This document shows, in pieces, positions 61,121 through 64,000 of a stretch of DNA of 64,000 bases; position 1 is the stretch's first letter, and the number at the start of each line of letters is the position of its first letter. Both the position numbers and the translations under genes were made by a program. The stretch spans positions 1 through 64,000 of the forward strand of contig JAVJSW010000042.1 of assembly GCA_040219255.1 (NCBI GenBank), given 5' to 3'. The stretch is from Sumerlaeia bacterium. GTDB lineage: Bacteria > Sumerlaeota > Sumerlaeia > SLMS01 > JAHLLQ01. The notes under the pieces were generated by a model. It was not told where the DNA came from, ran no database searches, and saw nothing but the letters and a program-made list of their open reading frames with translations.

Positions 61121-62250
61121 GCGGCCGCAGTCAATTCGTCGATAGTATCCGGCTCCACGTGAAAGCCGGCGACGGCGGTCACGGCTGCATCGCCTTTCTG
61201 CGCCAGAAGGGCCAGCCCCACGGCGGTCCGGCGGGCGGCGACGGAGGCAAGGGGGGCGACATCATTTTCGAGGCGGACCCGGAATTGGGGACGCTGATCG
61301 ATCTCCGTTACCGCCACAGCATCCGCGCCCAGCGCGGCGCCCACGGCGGCGGCAAGAACATGACCGGCCGCGGCGGTAAGGACGAACTGGTCAAGGTTCC
61401 CCTCGGCACCGTCGTCATCGACGACGCCACCGGCGAGGAACTGGCCGATTTCACCAAACCGGGCCAGCGCGCCGTGATCGCCCGCGGCGGCGACGGCGGC
61501 CTGGGCAACGCCCACTTCGTCACCGCCAGCAACCAGGCGCCCCGCAAAGCCACAGACGGCCGCGAAGGCGATGAGTTCAACCTGATCCTCGAACTGAAGA
61601 TCATCGCCGATTGCGGCTTTGTGGGTCTGCCCAACGCGGGCAAGTCCACGCTCCTGGGCGCCCTCACCGACGCCAACCCCCGCATCGCACCCTATCCGTT
61701 CACCACGCTGTCGCCCAATCTGGGCGTGTTCATCGGCGCGAACTATTCCCGGCGGGTCACGCTGGCCGATATTCCCGGTCTGATCGAAGGCGCCCACACG
61801 GGCCAAGGACTGGGCCACCGATTCCTGCGCCACATCGAGCGAACCCGCGTCCTGGTACACATCGTCGCCCCCGAATCGGGAGCCGACGACGCTGGCGAAC
61901 TGACCCTCGCCGACCCGGACCCGGAGGCCTTGATCTACGCCTTCGATCTCGTCCGCGACGAACTCGAAGCCTATAGCGACCAGCTCCTTCGCAAGCCGGT
62001 CTTGACCTGCCTCAACAAGATCGACCTGCTCTCCGAAGACGAAACGGCCGCCATCTTGCGGGCGTTTCAAAAGGAGCGGGGCATCGACCTGATTCCGATT
62101 TGCGCCAAGGACCCCAACCACCTGGAGCACCTGCGCACACGGCTCGAAGCCGCCGTCGAGGAAGCGACCGCCCCTGGCGAACTCGACCGCGACGACGACG
62201 AAGACTCCCCCGCCACCGGCCACTTTGACTATCGCGAGGAACCGCAATGA
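61117..62250 (+). CDS. obgE: GTPase Obg/CgtA
   Basis: Gly-rich N-terminus, GLPNAGKST, YPFTT, DIPGLIEGAH, NKID. Confidence 0.97.
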   Translation: MSGRSQFVDSIRLHVKAGDGGHGCIAFLRQKGQPHGGPAGGDGGKGGDIIFEADPELGTLIDLRYRHSIRAQRGAHGGGKNMTGRGGKDELVKVPLGTVVIDDATGEELADFTKPGQRAVIARGGDGGLGNAHFVTASNQAPRKATDGREGDEFNLILELKIIADCGFVGLPNAGKSTLLGALTDANPRIAPYPFTTLSPNLGVFIGANYSRRVTLADIPGLIEGAHTGQGLGHRFLRHIERTRVLVHIVAPESGADDAGELTLADPDPEALIYAFDLVRDELEAYSDQLLRKPVLTCLNKIDLLSEDETAAILRAFQKERGIDLIPICAKDPNHLEHLRTRLEAAVEEATAPGELDRDDDEDSPATGHFDYREEPQ

Positions 62251-62849
62251 TCCGCGTCTTGATTCTGATCGTCCTGATGCTGCCCTTGGCTGGCTGCTTT
62301 TCGCTGTTTCCGGGTTTGCCGAGCGGCACCAACCAGGACCTCGGCCGCCTGGAGCGCGCCGTGGACATCAATCCGAAGAATGAGCATGCTTGGTTCCTGA
62401 TGGGCAAGGCGATGCTGGAGCAGGATAAACCCGGCGACGCGGCCGACGCTTTTGAAGAAGCCATCGCCATCACCCCGCAATTCAAGGAAGCGCGCCTTGG
62501 CCTGGGCGTGGCGTTCCTGCAACAGGACAAGTGGAGCAAAGCGGCCCAGACCTACGAGGCCCTGACCCGCGACGACCCCCGATCGGTCTCCGCCTGGGTC
62601 GGTTTGGGAGCCGCCCGGCTGGGTCAAAACGACCTGACCGGCACGGAAGCCGCCGCCCGCCAGGCTCTCGCCATCAACCCCGATTCCTACCGCGCTCATC
62701 GGCTGCTCGGCGAAGTCGCCTACATCCGCGGAGACTACGGCACGGCCGTTGCACAATGGCGTCTCGCCTCCGACGCCGGAGGCGCCCAAAGCGAACTGAT
62801 GCCCATCATCGAAGACCTGGAAGGCTACCTGCGCGAGTACGGCGATTGA
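62247..62849 (+). CDS. TPR-repeat lipoprotein
   Basis: Lipobox LAGC, four TPR-like repeats; ATGA-coupled to obgE. Confidence 0.85.
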   Translation: MIRVLILIVLMLPLAGCFSLFPGLPSGTNQDLGRLERAVDINPKNEHAWFLMGKAMLEQDKPGDAADAFEEAIAITPQFKEARLGLGVAFLQQDKWSKAAQTYEALTRDDPRSVSAWVGLGAARLGQNDLTGTEAAARQALAINPDSYRAHRLLGEVAYIRGDYGTAVAQWRLASDAGGAQSELMPIIEDLEGYLREYGD

Positions 62850-62892
62850 GCCGCCGCCCCTCCGCATCCCCCTAAGAAACACCCCCACCCCC

Positions 62893-63651
62893 ATGGCGAA
62901 AAAATCCGCATCCTCCACCGCCCTCCGGCCCAAGTTCGCGGCCTATCACAGGGACAGTCCTGTTTGGGATAAGGTGGACGACGACCTGAAAGTCCGCATC
63001 GGCAAGCTTTCCGCCGATAAGAAGCTGCACGAACGCGCCGTCGCCATCCACGACGTCCTGCTGGAAGAATTCCCGGAGGCCCACTGCGAGTTGAATTACA
63101 CCGGGCCGCTGCAATTGCTGATCGCGACAATCCTGTCCGCCCAGTGCACCGACGCCCGGGTGAACATGGTGACGCCCGCGCTGTTCGAGCGCTTCCCCAC
63201 GGCCGTGGCCCTGGCCGAGGCGGACGTCGAAGAAATCGAAGAGTACGTCAAGACAACCGGGTTCTATCGCAACAAGGCCAAAGCCATCAAGAGCGCCTGC
63301 GCCGACATCGTCGCGAACTTTGGCGGCGAAGTGCCCGAAGACATCGAGAAGCTGCTGACCCTGCGAGGCGTCGCCCGCAAGACCGCCAACGTGGTCCGAA
63401 CGAACTGCTTCGGCTATCCAGGGCTGACGGTGGATACGCACTTCCAGCGCCTGACCAAGCGCATGGGCCTGACCACGAATGACGACCCGCAGAAAATCGA
63501 AGCGGATTTGGCGAACCTGCTGCCGCCCGAGCGCTGGTGCCATTTCACCCACGCCATCATCCTGCACGGTCGCCGAACCTGCAAAGCCCGCAAACCCAAC
63601 TGTCCGGAATGCCGCGTGGCGCCTCTCTGCCCCAGCGCCTTCCAGGTTTAG
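62893..63651 (+). CDS. nth: endonuclease III
   Basis: LLIATILSAQCTD, GVARKTANV, VDTH, C-X6-C-X2-C-X5-C. Confidence 0.96.
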   Translation: MAKKSASSTALRPKFAAYHRDSPVWDKVDDDLKVRIGKLSADKKLHERAVAIHDVLLEEFPEAHCELNYTGPLQLLIATILSAQCTDARVNMVTPALFERFPTAVALAEADVEEIEEYVKTTGFYRNKAKAIKSACADIVANFGGEVPEDIEKLLTLRGVARKTANVVRTNCFGYPGLTVDTHFQRLTKRMGLTTNDDPQKIEADLANLLPPERWCHFTHAIILHGRRTCKARKPNCPECRVAPLCPSAFQV

Positions 63652-63661
63652 GACCCTCCTC

Positions 63662-64000
63662 ATGTTTGATTGGATCTTTTTCGATCTCGACGGCACCCTC
63701 TGGGATCATGGAAGCGCTTCCGCCCACGCCCTCAAGCAACTCTGCGCCGAGGAAGGCCTCGACTTCAACGCCCTCGCGCCCCTCTTCAAGGAAGCGAACG
63801 AGCGGCTTTGGGGCGAGCTTTCCGCCGGGGCCATCACGGTCCAGGAACTCCGCACACGCCGTTTCCGCATGATCCTCGACAAAGTCTTTCACGGCGCCCG
63901 CGGTGGCCAGGTGACGGACGAGGAAGCGGACCGTCTGAGCGATCGCTACCTGCACCACTACCTGCCTTTTCCCGGTGAACTCGAGGGCGCGTCGGATGCC
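63662..64000 (+). CDS. HAD family hydrolase (YjjG-like), 3' end outside the window
   Basis: MFDWIFFDLDGTLWD; frame open to the window end. Confidence 0.85.
   Translation, partial: MFDWIFFDLDGTLWDHGSASAHALKQLCAEEGLDFNALAPLFKEANERLWGELSAGAITVQELRTRRFRMILDKVFHGARGGQVTDEEADRLSDRYLHHYLPFPGELEGASDA

Overview
High-GC (visually about 65%) bacterial chromosomal DNA. Gene style (TPR/Pro-rich proteins, a dockerin-like tail, GTAG-type REPs) is compatible with a Sumerlaeota- or PVC-like lineage; this is inference only. Most of the window is housekeeping: thrS, hisG, typA, clpX, plsY, trpC, trpD, PolX-PHP, deoC, hldE, obgE, nth, transporters and envelope enzymes. The stand-out is a ~14-kb, largely translationally coupled, radical-SAM-rich putative biosynthetic cluster (4187-18089). 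It encodes three paralogous B12-dependent radical SAM enzymes, two EpeE/YydG-like twitch radical SAM enzymes, an ABC exporter, an NmrA-like oxidoreductase, two class I methyltransferases, a GT2 and a class III aminotransferase, with no visible precursor peptide or core synthase. Other oddities are an 87-aa low-GC in-frame insertion in the ThrRS catalytic domain, a Ddl-like ATP-grasp/DmpA peptidase fusion, a degenerate HxGH motif in HldE, two low-GC paralogous membrane genes splitting trpD from trpC, and small palindromic repeat elements. No rRNA, tRNA, CRISPR array or transposase was seen. Functional calls come from motif recognition by eye, not database searches, and start codons are best guesses.
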